NCBI GenBank assembly: GCA_003153505.1
Contig: PLZA01000016.1
Coordinates: 11,094-75,093 of the forward strand
Origin: Candidatus Dormiibacterota bacterium
Lineage (GTDB): Bacteria; Chloroflexota; Dormibacteria; Aeolococcales; Aeolococcaceae
Length of the DNA: 64,000 nt
Direction of reading: 5' to 3'
Shown: piece by piece, positions 19,839 to 28,627 of the stretch
Numbering within the stretch: position 1 is the first letter of the stretch
Layout: each line of letters opens with the position of its first letter
Program-made: the position numbers and the translations under genes
Notes under the pieces: model-generated
The model's input: only the letters and a program-made list of their open reading frames with translations
Told to the model about the DNA's origin: nothing
Database searches by the model: none

Positions 19839-21160
19839 GTCGTGCCCGAGGCCCCGTCGGAATCGTACATCCGTTCGTTCTGTGAGGGTGCAGCGGGGTC
19901 GATCGTGTCGACCGTGCTCTCCAGGCTGCCGTGGCGCAGCACGGTACGCAGTCGCGCACCGACCGGCATCACCGCCGCGTCGGTGAGCACCCGACCGTGT
20001 GCGTCGGAGGTGATCGAATACCCTCGTTCGAGTGTCCGCCTCGGCGAGAGCGCCGCCAGCCGAGCCGTCCGCGTGGCCAGCGCGGCCCGGCGTGCGACCG
20101 CTACCCGGACCGCCGCCTCCCGGAGGCGCTCCGACGATCGGTCGAGGCGAAGCCGCTCGATCTCGACACGCCGTGACGGATGCGCCAGCGCAAAGCGGGA
20201 GGTCTGCTGGTCGAGCGCCCGCCGTTTCAGCGATGCCTCCTGCATCAACGCCTGACGCAAGCGCAATGACGAGATGTGCACGCGATCGCGACGCACGCTG
20301 ACCAGACCTGCGATGGCGACACCAAGGCGCGCGTGGCGCGCAGCCACGTCATCGCGGAGGACATCGACGCTCGGAGCGACCAGCTCAGCCGCCGCGGACG
20401 GCGTTGGCGCCCGCCGGTCTGCGGCAAGGTCAGCGACCGTCGTGTCGGTCTCGTGGCCGACGCCGGTCACGACCGGAAGACGCGTGGCTCTGATCGCGCG
20501 CGCCAGAGACTCGCTGTTGAAGGCGATCAGGTCCTCCAGAGATCCGCCGCCTCGAACCAGCAGGATCACGTCCGCGTCGCGCACCTGGTCGGCGCGCTGG
20601 AGCGCGCGGATCAATGTTTCCACCGCACCGTCACCCTGAACGGTTGCGGGCGACAGCACGACGCCGATGCATGGCGCTCGGCGGGCGATGACAGTGCACA
20701 CGTCACGCAGCGCAGCGCCGCTGCGTGACGTGACCACCACCACCCGGCGGGGCAGCACGGGCAGACGGCGCTTGCGCCGCTCATCGAACAGTCCTTCGGC
20801 GCTCAGCCGCTGCTTGAGCTGCTCGATGCCCAGCGCGAGCGCGCCCACCCCGCTCGGTTCGAGCCGGTCGACATAGAGCTGATAGCGCCCCTGCTGTCCA
20901 TACACCTGCACCGATCCGTGCGCGACCACCGTCATGCCGTTGTCGGGGCGAAAGCGGATCTGCAGTGCGTTGGTGCGAAAGCACACGCACGAGATCGCGG
21001 CGTGCGCGTCCTTGAGCGTGAAATACAGGTGGCCGGACACGTGCGCCTTGAGGTTGCTCACCTCACCTTCCACGAGCACGTCCTCCAGCTCGGGCCGCGC
21101 GGCGAGTGCATCACGCACCAGCACGGTAAGATCGCTGACGGTGCAGGCAGTGGTCGTCAC
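19835..21160 (-). CDS. xseA: Exodeoxyribonuclease VII large subunit
   Basis: VEGEVSN, SGHLYFTLKD, RGGGSLEDL, GVGHETD, APTPSAAAE, LERGYSI. Confidence 0.96.
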   Translation of the reverse strand: MTTTACTVSDLTVLVRDALAARPELEDVLVEGEVSNLKAHVSGHLYFTLKDAHAAISCVCFRTNALQIRFRPDNGMTVVAHGSVQVYGQQGRYQLYVDRLEPSGVGALALGIEQLKQRLSAEGLFDERRKRRLPVLPRRVVVVTSRSGAALRDVCTVIARRAPCIGVVLSPATVQGDGAVETLIRALQRADQVRDADVILLVRGGGSLEDLIAFNSESLARAIRATRLPVVTGVGHETDTTVADLAADRRAPTPSAAAELVAPSVDVLRDDVAARHARLGVAIAGLVSVRRDRVHISSLRLRQALMQEASLKRRALDQQTSRFALAHPSRRVEIERLRLDRSSERLREAAVRVAVARRAALATRTARLAALSPRRTLERGYSITSDAHGRVLTDAAVMPVGARLRTVLRHGSLESTVDTIDPAAPSQNERMYDSDGASGTT

Positions 21161-21582
21161 ACCCGTTCCCGCGCCACGTGACCGAGCACCCCGTTCACGA
21201 ACTGCGCAGCTTCATCGCCCGCGTAGGCGCGTGACAGCTCGATGGATTCGTCGATCACCACGGCGACCGGCGTTGTCTCCATGTACAGCAACTCGAACGT
21301 TCCCAGACGGAGCACCGCACGCTCGACCTTGCCAAGGTCGACGAGTGACCAGTGCTCCATCGCCGTGGCGAGCGCCGTGTCGATGGCATCGAGATGGTCG
21401 ACGCAGCCGACGACGATGGTCCGTGCGAACGCGCGGACGTCGGCAGTGGCGCGGAGGTCCTCACCCTGATATCGCAGGGCGAAATCGGGGTCCTTCTCGG
21501 TGCCCTCGATCTCGAATAGCACGCGAAGCGCGAGCTCACGTCCGCGCCGCCGGCGCCCCGTGCCTGACACGGCCGGGGTCAC
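21157..21582 (-). CDS. nusB: Transcription antitermination factor NusB
   Basis: RRRGRELAL..LF, VERAVLRLG..EL, FVNGVL. Confidence 0.95.
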   Translation of the reverse strand: MTPAVSGTGRRRRGRELALRVLFEIEGTEKDPDFALRYQGEDLRATADVRAFARTIVVGCVDHLDAIDTALATAMEHWSLVDLGKVERAVLRLGTFELLYMETTPVAVVIDESIELSRAYAGDEAAQFVNGVLGHVARERV

Positions 21583-21968
21583 GCGAAAGCGACCTCGCTG
21601 ACGAAGACGTTGACCTCCTCGACGCGCAGGGCGAGCATGCGATCGATCGCATCGGCGACGCGGCGCTGCACCTCGGCTCCCACGACCGGGACGTTGCCGC
21701 CCGACTCCATCACGACGTACAGGCTCAGGTGCAGGGCATCGTCGCGCATCTCGACGCGCACGCCGCGATGGGCGTGCGATCGGCGCACGATGCGGTCGAA
21801 TTGCTGGCCACCGGGGTGGTACATGGCGTGGATCCCCGAGACCTGCAGTGCCGCAAAAGCGGCGATGGACGCGACGACCTCGTTGGCGACTCGGGTCGTC
21901 CCGAGCTGGCGGCGCCCGTTCATGGTTGGGCGCAGGTGGAGTTGATCGGGCTGCTGGACGTCGGTCAT
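21579..21968 (-). CDS. Asp23/Gls24-family envelope stress protein
   Basis: GTTRVANEVVASIA, RGVRVE, VQRRV..AI..M..L.VEEVNV.V; between efp and nusB as in Firmicutes. Confidence 0.88.
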   Translation of the reverse strand: MTDVQQPDQLHLRPTMNGRRQLGTTRVANEVVASIAAFAALQVSGIHAMYHPGGQQFDRIVRRSHAHRGVRVEMRDDALHLSLYVVMESGGNVPVVGAEVQRRVADAIDRMLALRVEEVNVFVSEVAFA

Positions 21969-22522
21969 GCGCGCTCCACGTAGCGGCCGGTGCGCGTGTC
22001 GACCCGGATGAGGTCGCCCTGGTTGACGAACAGGGGCACGTCGACCGCGAGACCTGTCTCCACCACGGCAGGCTTGAAGGATGCGTTCGCGGTGTCTCCC
22101 TTGAACCCGGGCTCGCTCTCGGTCACCTCCAGCACGACCGACGTCGGCAGGTCGACACCAAGCACGCGATCATCGAATCGGAGCAGGAACAGCGTGTCGT
22201 TCTCTTTGAGGTAGTCGACGCCGCTACCGAGCTGCTCCGGGCTGATCGTGGTCTGCTCGAACGTGGTGTTGTCCATCACCACGTAATTCTCACCGTCCTT
22301 GTAGAGGAGCTGAGCCTCGGTGCGCTCGATGCGGACGCGGCCGAACTTCTCCTCCGGACGGAACGTCTCATCGGTGACCGCGCCGGTGGTCACGTTGCGC
22401 AACTTGGCGCGGACGACGGCGGTCCCGCGACCCTGCTTCATGTGCGAGAAGTCGATGACCTCGAAGAGGTCGCCGTCGCGCTCGACGGTCGCACCCGGGC
22501 GCAGGTCGGAGGCGGTGATCAT
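21965..22522 (-). CDS. efp: Elongation factor P
   Basis: DLRPG, HMKQGRGTAVVRAKLRN, EPGFKGDTA, VPLFVNQGD.IRVDTRTGRY. Confidence 0.96.
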   Translation of the reverse strand: MITASDLRPGATVERDGDLFEVIDFSHMKQGRGTAVVRAKLRNVTTGAVTDETFRPEEKFGRVRIERTEAQLLYKDGENYVVMDNTTFEQTTISPEQLGSGVDYLKENDTLFLLRFDDRVLGVDLPTSVVLEVTESEPGFKGDTANASFKPAVVETGLAVDVPLFVNQGDLIRVDTRTGRYVERA

Positions 22523-22980
22523 GGAGTGCTCCCAGTGGTTGACGGGTCCTCGAGCAGCTTAGCCAGTCCCTCGACCGCGAGGACGTAGCCGTGCAACCCG
22601 AGTCCGGCGATCACGGCCACTGCGGCCTCCGCGGACAGCGAGACGCGCCGGAAGGATTCGCGCGCGAGGATGTTGGACAGGTGCACCTCGATCACCGGGC
22701 CTGCGAACGCGCGGAGAGCATCGGCGAGGACCACGCTCGTGTGGGTCAGGCCGCCGGGGTTGACGATGCATCCCGCGCTGCGGCCGCGCTCGGACTCGAG
22801 GATGTCCACCATCGCCCCCTCGTGGTTGGTCTGCACGCAGCGGACGTCGAGCCCGAGCTCGGCGGCTCGCTCGCGCACGGCCGCGTCGATCTCGCTGAGG
22901 GTGACGGCGCCGTAGACATCGGGCTCACGCTCGCCGAGGCTGGCGAGGTTGGGCCCGTTGAGCACCAGGATCGCGGTCAT
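22519..22980 (-). CDS. aroQ: Type II 3-dehydroquinate dehydratase
   Basis: LNGPNL..LGEREPDVYG, NPGGLTHTS, EVHLSN..ARESFR. Confidence 0.95.
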   Translation of the reverse strand: MTAILVLNGPNLASLGEREPDVYGAVTLSEIDAAVRERAAELGLDVRCVQTNHEGAMVDILESERGRSAGCIVNPGGLTHTSVVLADALRAFAGPVIEVHLSNILARESFRRVSLSAEAAVAVIAGLGLHGYVLAVEGLAKLLEDPSTTGSTP

Positions 22981-24557
22981 CGCGCCAGGACCGCATCGAG
23001 CGCCGCGCGCACCTCGGCCTCGGCAACGTGCTGCCCGATCTGCGGACGCCCTCTGGCTTCCAGCAACACCCAGCCAAGGCGGTCGCCGACATGCTTCTTG
23101 TCGGCGCCCATGTAGCCGAGCACGCGCTCGGGGTCAAACACCGACGTCGTCGCGAGCCCGCACCGCTCGATCATCTCATCCTGCCAGCCGATCTCTGCTG
23201 CCGGGCACCCGAGGGTGCGGATGCTCAGCACGCCGGCGGCGCGCATCCCGACCGCCACCGCCTCGCCGTGGAGAAGGCCGCCGCCGAGGCCCGAAGCCGC
23301 CTCGAGCGCGTGGCCGACGGTGTGGCCGTAGTTGAGCACCGCTCGAGCGGCCCCCTCACGCTCGTCACGCGCGACGAAGCCGGATTTGGCGGCGCAGCAG
23401 GCGCGAATCACCTCGGTGAGCGCCTCCAAGTCCTTGTTCAAGAGGCGTCCGAGCTGCCCGTCGAGCGCTGCGGGCTGCGGCATCTCGACGATCATCGAGT
23501 ACTTCACGATCTCCGCAAACGCGGAACGAAAGGAGCGGTCGTCCTGCGACGCCAGGACGTCGGGGTCGCAGATCACTGCGCGCGGCTGCCAGATCGCCCC
23601 GGCGAGATTCTTGCCCCGAGCGAGGTTGACGCCGGTCTTGCCGCCGATCGCGCTGTCCACCATGGCGAGGAGCGTGGTGGGGACGTTCACCCAGGCGATG
23701 CCGCGCAGGTAGGTGGCAGCGACGAACCCGGCCAGGTCCCCAACGGTGCCGCCGCCGAGCGCCACCACGCAGTCGTTGCGCTGCAGGCCCGCGGTCCCGA
23801 GGCAGTCGAGCAGGCGCCCGGCTTCCTCCCAGGTCTTCAGCGCCTCACCGCCGGAGACCTGGAGCACGGTCATGGCGATGCCGGCGCTGCGCAGGGAGGC
23901 GACGAGCCTGTCCGAGACCGGCCGCACCGCTCGATCCGCCAGCAGCGCCACGCGTGTTGCGGATCCGGGGATATGCAACGCGACGTCCTCGAGCGCTCCT
24001 GCGCGCACCTCGACGTGGTAGCTGCGTTCCGCCAGGTTGACGCGCACGGTGCCGTCGAGGGCGGCGATGACGCGTGACGCCACGGTGTCGGGCGAATCCT
24101 CCGCGCTGATGCGGACATGCGAGACCTGGTGGGCGCGAGCTCTGCTGCCACGGAGGCGTGGGATCCCGGCGGCCGCAGACCCGCCGAGCAGAGGACGGCC
24201 GGCTCCCGCGCCGAGTCGCTCGATCAGCACCTCGTCAGGAGCATCGAGCCAGACCACGGTGCAGAGCTCGGTCAGGAGGCGCCGGGCAGCCGCCTGGGTG
24301 ATCAACCCGCCCCCGCAGGCGATGACCTGGGGGCCCGGGCGGCGGAGGGCGCCTTCGAGTGCGGTCAATTCGAGATCGCGGAAGAACGCCTCCCCTTCGG
24401 TCGCGATGACCGTCGCCGGCGAGCGTCCCGAGGTGACGGCGATCTCGCTGTCCAGGTCGACGGCCTCCCATCCCAGGCGTTCGGCGACGAGTGGGGCGAC
24501 GGTGCTCTTGCCGGATCCGGGCAGCCCCACCAGGGCGATCCGGCGAACGGCGCTCAT
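22977..24557 (-). CDS. aroKB: Bifunctional shikimate kinase / 3-dehydroquinate synthase (AroK-AroB fusion)
   Basis: N-terminal GLPGSGKST and ACGGG; C-terminal LGGGTVGDLAGF, PTTLLAMVDSAIGGKTG, LNYGHTVGHA, HGEAV. Confidence 0.93.
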   Translation of the reverse strand: MSAVRRIALVGLPGSGKSTVAPLVAERLGWEAVDLDSEIAVTSGRSPATVIATEGEAFFRDLELTALEGALRRPGPQVIACGGGLITQAAARRLLTELCTVVWLDAPDEVLIERLGAGAGRPLLGGSAAAGIPRLRGSRARAHQVSHVRISAEDSPDTVASRVIAALDGTVRVNLAERSYHVEVRAGALEDVALHIPGSATRVALLADRAVRPVSDRLVASLRSAGIAMTVLQVSGGEALKTWEEAGRLLDCLGTAGLQRNDCVVALGGGTVGDLAGFVAATYLRGIAWVNVPTTLLAMVDSAIGGKTGVNLARGKNLAGAIWQPRAVICDPDVLASQDDRSFRSAFAEIVKYSMIVEMPQPAALDGQLGRLLNKDLEALTEVIRACCAAKSGFVARDEREGAARAVLNYGHTVGHALEAASGLGGGLLHGEAVAVGMRAAGVLSIRTLGCPAAEIGWQDEMIERCGLATTSVFDPERVLGYMGADKKHVGDRLGWVLLEARGRPQIGQHVAEAEVRAALDAVLAR

Positions 24558-25711
24558 CGCAACCGGCCGGCGGCACGGCGATGTGCGGCCAGGGCTCGCC
24601 GTGTCTCACCAACGTTGTCGCCGCCAAACTTCTCCATCGCGGCCGCTGCGAGGACCCACGCGAGCATCGCCTCGGCCACCACGGCGCCGGCTGGGACGAC
24701 GCAGATATCACTGCGCTCGTAGTGCGCGTTGATCTCAGCGCCGGTGCGGATGTCGACGCTGCGCAGTGGATGGAGCAGCGTCGAGATCGGCTTGAAGTGG
24801 ACGAGCGCCCAGACGGGCTCCCCATCGGTCACACCGCCGGCCAGGCCCCCCTGGCGGTTGGTCAGGTGGTGGAAGCCCCGCTCCGCGTCCCAGCGCGGCT
24901 CGTCGTGCACGTTGGATCCAGGGGATCGGGCGGCGAGCGCGGCGGCCCCGATCTCGACGCCCTTTACCGATGGGATGCTGCACATCGCCTGGGCAATCAG
25001 CCCGTCGAGCTTGCGATCCCAGTGCACGTAACTGCCAAGTCCGGCGGGAACATGCGAGGCGATCACGTACGCCGTTCCCCCGAGCGTGTTGCCGTTCTCG
25101 CGCGCCGCGTCGATCGCGGCGACCATTCGCGCCGAGGCCGCCTCATCAGCGCAGCGCACGGGTGAGCGCTCGACCGCGTCCCAGGGAACGTCGCCGTCCG
25201 GCACCGGAACGTCGACATCCCCGATCCGGATAACGCACGAGTGCACGTCGATGCCCAGCGCGCCGATCAGCGTCCTGGCGACCGCCCCCGCGGCGACCCT
25301 GGCGGCGGTCTCGCGGGCGCTGGCGCGTTCGAGCACATTGCGAGCGTCGTCGAATCCGTACTTCAGGACCCCGGCGAGGTCGGCGTGTCCGGGTCGGACA
25401 CGCGTGACGCGTTTCGCCTTGAACCCGCGCGGTTCGACCTGCATCGGTCCCTGCCAGTTGTCCCAGTCGCGGTTCGCGATCACGAGCGTGATCGGTGATC
25501 CGAGGGTCTTGCCGCCGCGCACGCCGCTGACGATACGTGCCGCGTCCTGCTCGATCTGCTGGCGCTTCCCCCGTCCATGGCCGCCCTGGCGGCGGCGCAA
25601 ATCGGGGTCGATGTCGCGTGCGGCAACGAGTGAAATCCCCGCAGGCATCCCCTCGACGATGACGGTGAGTTGCGGGCCGTGCGATTCGCCGGCGGTGAGA
25701 AACCGAAGCAT
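24554..25711 (-). CDS. aroC: Chorismate synthase
   Basis: MLRFLTAGESHG, RPGHADLAG, ERASARETA, KPISTL, ERSD. Confidence 0.96.
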   Translation of the reverse strand: MLRFLTAGESHGPQLTVIVEGMPAGISLVAARDIDPDLRRRQGGHGRGKRQQIEQDAARIVSGVRGGKTLGSPITLVIANRDWDNWQGPMQVEPRGFKAKRVTRVRPGHADLAGVLKYGFDDARNVLERASARETAARVAAGAVARTLIGALGIDVHSCVIRIGDVDVPVPDGDVPWDAVERSPVRCADEAASARMVAAIDAARENGNTLGGTAYVIASHVPAGLGSYVHWDRKLDGLIAQAMCSIPSVKGVEIGAAALAARSPGSNVHDEPRWDAERGFHHLTNRQGGLAGGVTDGEPVWALVHFKPISTLLHPLRSVDIRTGAEINAHYERSDICVVPAGAVVAEAMLAWVLAAAAMEKFGGDNVGETRRALAAHRRAAGRLR

Positions 25712-25734
25712 CTGCAACCGATTGTATTGGTGGG

Positions 25735-26001
25735 GTGGCCGCATTCCCCATTCGCTGCGTCGCCGGCGGCTGCCCTCTGTCCGTGTCAGGTCCGGACTCG
25801 AGACCGAGACTGAGTGCCGTGAGAGACGCGCCGCAGACGCGCGAGCGGGGGCTCGACCACCTGCGCGTCGCCAGGCTCCTGGAGGCCAATGGTGACGTGA
25901 TCGGTGCAATCTGCGCCTACCGCGAGGCCATGCGCGAGGGCCCCGCGAGCGCCGCGACTGAGGCCCTGCTCCGGATCGCCGACCTCGCCCGGCGCGTCTA
26001 A
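25735..26001 (+). CDS. Small hypothetical helical (TPR-like) protein; start uncertain
   Basis: HLRVARLLEANGDVIGAICAYREA resembles one TPR; fills the gap between aroC and the PH-domain gene. Confidence 0.45.
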   Translation: MAAFPIRCVAGGCPLSVSGPDSRPRLSAVRDAPQTRERGLDHLRVARLLEANGDVIGAICAYREAMREGPASAATEALLRIADLARRV

Positions 26002-26026
26002 GCGATGAGCCGGGCCCGGCTCAGGG

Positions 26027-26548
26027 TCAGAGCCCCGCCGGGCGCGAGGGTGCGCCTGCTGATGGCGGTGTGTTCATGGTCGCGAGCAGCTCGTTGTAGA
26101 AGGCTTCGGCCTTGGGGATGCGGTGGAGCACTTCGACCCCGTCCCGCCCCGCCGACTCGATCTCGATGTCGCCGGCGCCGATCAGGCGGTCACCCAACGG
26201 CCGGTGGATCACGGTGTTCTGGATCCGGTCGAGCGGGATCGTCTCGGCAGTCCTGGACAGGATGCCGCCCTCCATGACGATCCGACGATCGGTCAGGTGG
26301 TAGGTGGCGAACCGCCAGCGGAGGATCCGCATGCCGGCCCAGACCAAGGATCCGACCACGAGGATGAGCACGATCACCGTCTTGACGGTCGTGATCGACG
26401 CCGAGCCGATGGTTGATGGCAGCTTGGCGTTCAGGACGATCGCCACGACGATGACGACGATCGCTCCGAGAACGTGGCCGGCAAGCACCGACCAGTGCTG
26501 GCGGACCAGTGCGATGGACCGCTCTCCGGGCATCAGCTGCGTCGGCAT
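26027..26548 (-). CDS. Membrane protein with bacterial PH (bPH_2) domain
   Basis: Two TM helices followed by YHLTDRRIVMEGGILSR...IPLDRIQN...GAGDIEIESAG. Confidence 0.85.
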   Translation of the reverse strand: MPTQLMPGERSIALVRQHWSVLAGHVLGAIVVIVVAIVLNAKLPSTIGSASITTVKTVIVLILVVGSLVWAGMRILRWRFATYHLTDRRIVMEGGILSRTAETIPLDRIQNTVIHRPLGDRLIGAGDIEIESAGRDGVEVLHRIPKAEAFYNELLATMNTPPSAGAPSRPAGL

Positions 26549-26583
26549 TGCCTCACCTCATCGAACCCCTGGAATCGTGCGGG

Positions 26584-27336
26584 TCATGGACCGAGGTACA
26601 GGATGAGCGCTGCGCCCGCACAGAGAAACGGACCATAGGGTATCGGGTCCTTGAGCCTGCGCACGCGCGTGACCAGAAGGACCAGCGCGGTCGCACCTCC
26701 GATGAACACCCCGGCGATGACGGCATAGACCGCGCCCAGGTGCGCCGACGTCGGTCCGGCGCCGGTCACGGCGCCCACCAGCCCGCCGAGCTTGGCGTCG
26801 CCGAGGCCGATGCTCCCTCTCGACACCAGGTTCTGCACGAAGAAGAACGCGGCAACGCCGACTGCGCCGATGATCGCGCTCGTGACCGTCAGCCCCGGAG
26901 ACCAGGCGCTCAGCACCACTGCGGCAAGGACGCTCGGGTAGGTGATCACGTTCAGGATGAGCCGGTGCTTGAGGTCGAAGTCGACGACGTGGACGAAGAT
27001 GGCAAGCCACATCAGGTGGATGACGAGCCCGGTGCCGAACTGCTCGTGGGCGGCGAACGCGCCGAATCCGATGGCGCCGAGTGCGGGCGAGAGCCAGCGT
27101 TCCAGCCAGGTCCAGCCATAACGCTCGCCCGCCCAGGGGCGCGCGGCCACGGGCTCCTCCCCTGCCGCGGCCCTGCTCAGCTCCTCGGCGATGTCCCGCT
27201 CGTAGTCGAGGCGCTCCTGGCGTTCCTCGTCCTCGAGCCGTTCGAACCGCTCCAACCCGACGGTGAGCCAGCCGGAACCCAGACCGACGAGGCCACCGGC
27301 GATGGTGACGCCGGCGATGACCAGCGGCGGATTCAC
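26584..27336 (-). CDS. A24-family prepilin peptidase (peptidase domain only)
   Basis: DFDLKHRLI and GLGDAKL catalytic aspartates; IPYGPFL C-terminus; GTG overlaps the aroE stop. Confidence 0.88.
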   Translation of the reverse strand: MNPPLVIAGVTIAGGLVGLGSGWLTVGLERFERLEDEERQERLDYERDIAEELSRAAAGEEPVAARPWAGERYGWTWLERWLSPALGAIGFGAFAAHEQFGTGLVIHLMWLAIFVHVVDFDLKHRLILNVITYPSVLAAVVLSAWSPGLTVTSAIIGAVGVAAFFFVQNLVSRGSIGLGDAKLGGLVGAVTGAGPTSAHLGAVYAVIAGVFIGGATALVLLVTRVRRLKDPIPYGPFLCAGAALILYLGP

Positions 27337-28169
27337 GCCTCGACAGCCTGGAGGAGCGCGTTGCGCACCGCGCCGGACGGCGCGATCCTGCCCGTCCAGA
27401 TCTCGAAGCTCAGCAACCCCTGCTGCAGGAGCATCTCGAGCCCGTCGCTCGCGCGATGCCCGGTTTCGAGCGCCTCCGTCACGACGTCGATGGGTCGCGG
27501 GCGGTACCGGAGGTCGACGACGCTGCACGCGGGAGGCAGCGCTCGCGGGGTGAACGGAAGTGAGTCGAGGCCGACCGGTGTCGCGTTGACCACGATTGCC
27601 GAGTGCGCGCACGTGTTCGCGATGGCGCTGCGATCCCATGGCACGGTCGCGATGTCGCCCGAGCCGCGCAGGCGCTCGGCGAGGCTCTCGGCTGCGGCCT
27701 GGCGGCGCGCGGCGATGCGCAGGCGAAGCAGGGGCACTCGGGTGAGCGCGAGTGCCACGGCTGCGGCCGCACCGCCGGCGCCGAGCACCAGTGCCGTCGC
27801 GCCCTGACGCGGCCACATCGACGCGCGGCTGAGTGCAAGCTCGAAGCCATCCGCGTCGGTTGTGACGCCGACAAGCCGTCCGCCGCGAACCGTGATGGTG
27901 TTGACGACGCCGAGTGACTCGGCGTCACCCTCGAGACGGTCGCACCGCTCCGCCATGACCGCCTTGTAGGGAGTCGTGACATTGCAGCCCGTGTATTTCC
28001 CCTGGCGCAGTTCGTCGACGAACCCATCGATCTCCGCCGGTGCGAGGTCGCGGAGGACATAGGTGCCCTCGACCCCTGACGATTGCATGGCGGCCTGATG
28101 CATCACGGGGCTGGGCGAATGGGAGATACCGGCGCCGACGAGGCAGAGCCGGAGCGGTTGTGTGCTCAC
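27333..28169 (-). CDS. aroE: Shikimate dehydrogenase
   Basis: ISHSPSP.MH, CNVTTPYK, VNTI, TTDADG, LGAGGAA, NATPVG, DGLEMLLQQG. Confidence 0.95.
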   Translation of the reverse strand: MSTQPLRLCLVGAGISHSPSPVMHQAAMQSSGVEGTYVLRDLAPAEIDGFVDELRQGKYTGCNVTTPYKAVMAERCDRLEGDAESLGVVNTITVRGGRLVGVTTDADGFELALSRASMWPRQGATALVLGAGGAAAAVALALTRVPLLRLRIAARRQAAAESLAERLRGSGDIATVPWDRSAIANTCAHSAIVVNATPVGLDSLPFTPRALPPACSVVDLRYRPRPIDVVTEALETGHRASDGLEMLLQQGLLSFEIWTGRIAPSGAVRNALLQAVEA

Positions 28170-28627
28170 GAGGTTGCGCGCGTCGCGGCGATCCGGCGCG
28201 AGTCGAGCCAGCTCTGGAGAAGCACTGCGGCTGCCACCGAGTCGATCACCTCGCGGCGACGCTTGCGGCGCACGCCGCTTTCGATGAGGGATCGCTCCGC
28301 GATCGTCGTGGTGAAGCGCTCGTCCCAGAGCTCGATCGCAATCGTGGTCCGGCGCGCGAGCTCAGCCGCGAATGCCCGAGCACCCTGTGCAGCATCCCCC
28401 TCGCTCCCGTCGAGAAGGCGGGGCAATCCGATCACGACTCGGTCCACCTGGCGATCTTGCATCTCGCGCTCGATGCGCGCCCACAACGTTCGAGATTCGT
28501 TGGGGACTGTCGCAACCGGCGACGCCAGCGTGCACGTCTCGTCAGAGATGGCGAGCCCGATCCGCACTGAGCCGACGTCGATACCGAGGACGCGGGTGCG
28601 ACCGCTACCGCCCCCGGTCGCGCTCAC
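28166..28627 (-). CDS. ruvX: YqgF/RuvX pre-16S rRNA maturation nuclease
   Basis: LGIDVGSVRIGLAISD, VIGLP, WDERFTT, IDSVAAAVLLQSWL. Confidence 0.95.
   Translation of the reverse strand: MSATGGGSGRTRVLGIDVGSVRIGLAISDETCTLASPVATVPNESRTLWARIEREMQDRQVDRVVIGLPRLLDGSEGDAAQGARAFAAELARRTTIAIELWDERFTTTIAERSLIESGVRRKRRREVIDSVAAAVLLQSWLDSRRIAATRATS

Noticed and set aside
22977-24557. AroK-AroB fusion as a novelty
   Set aside because: This fusion is already known in several phyla.
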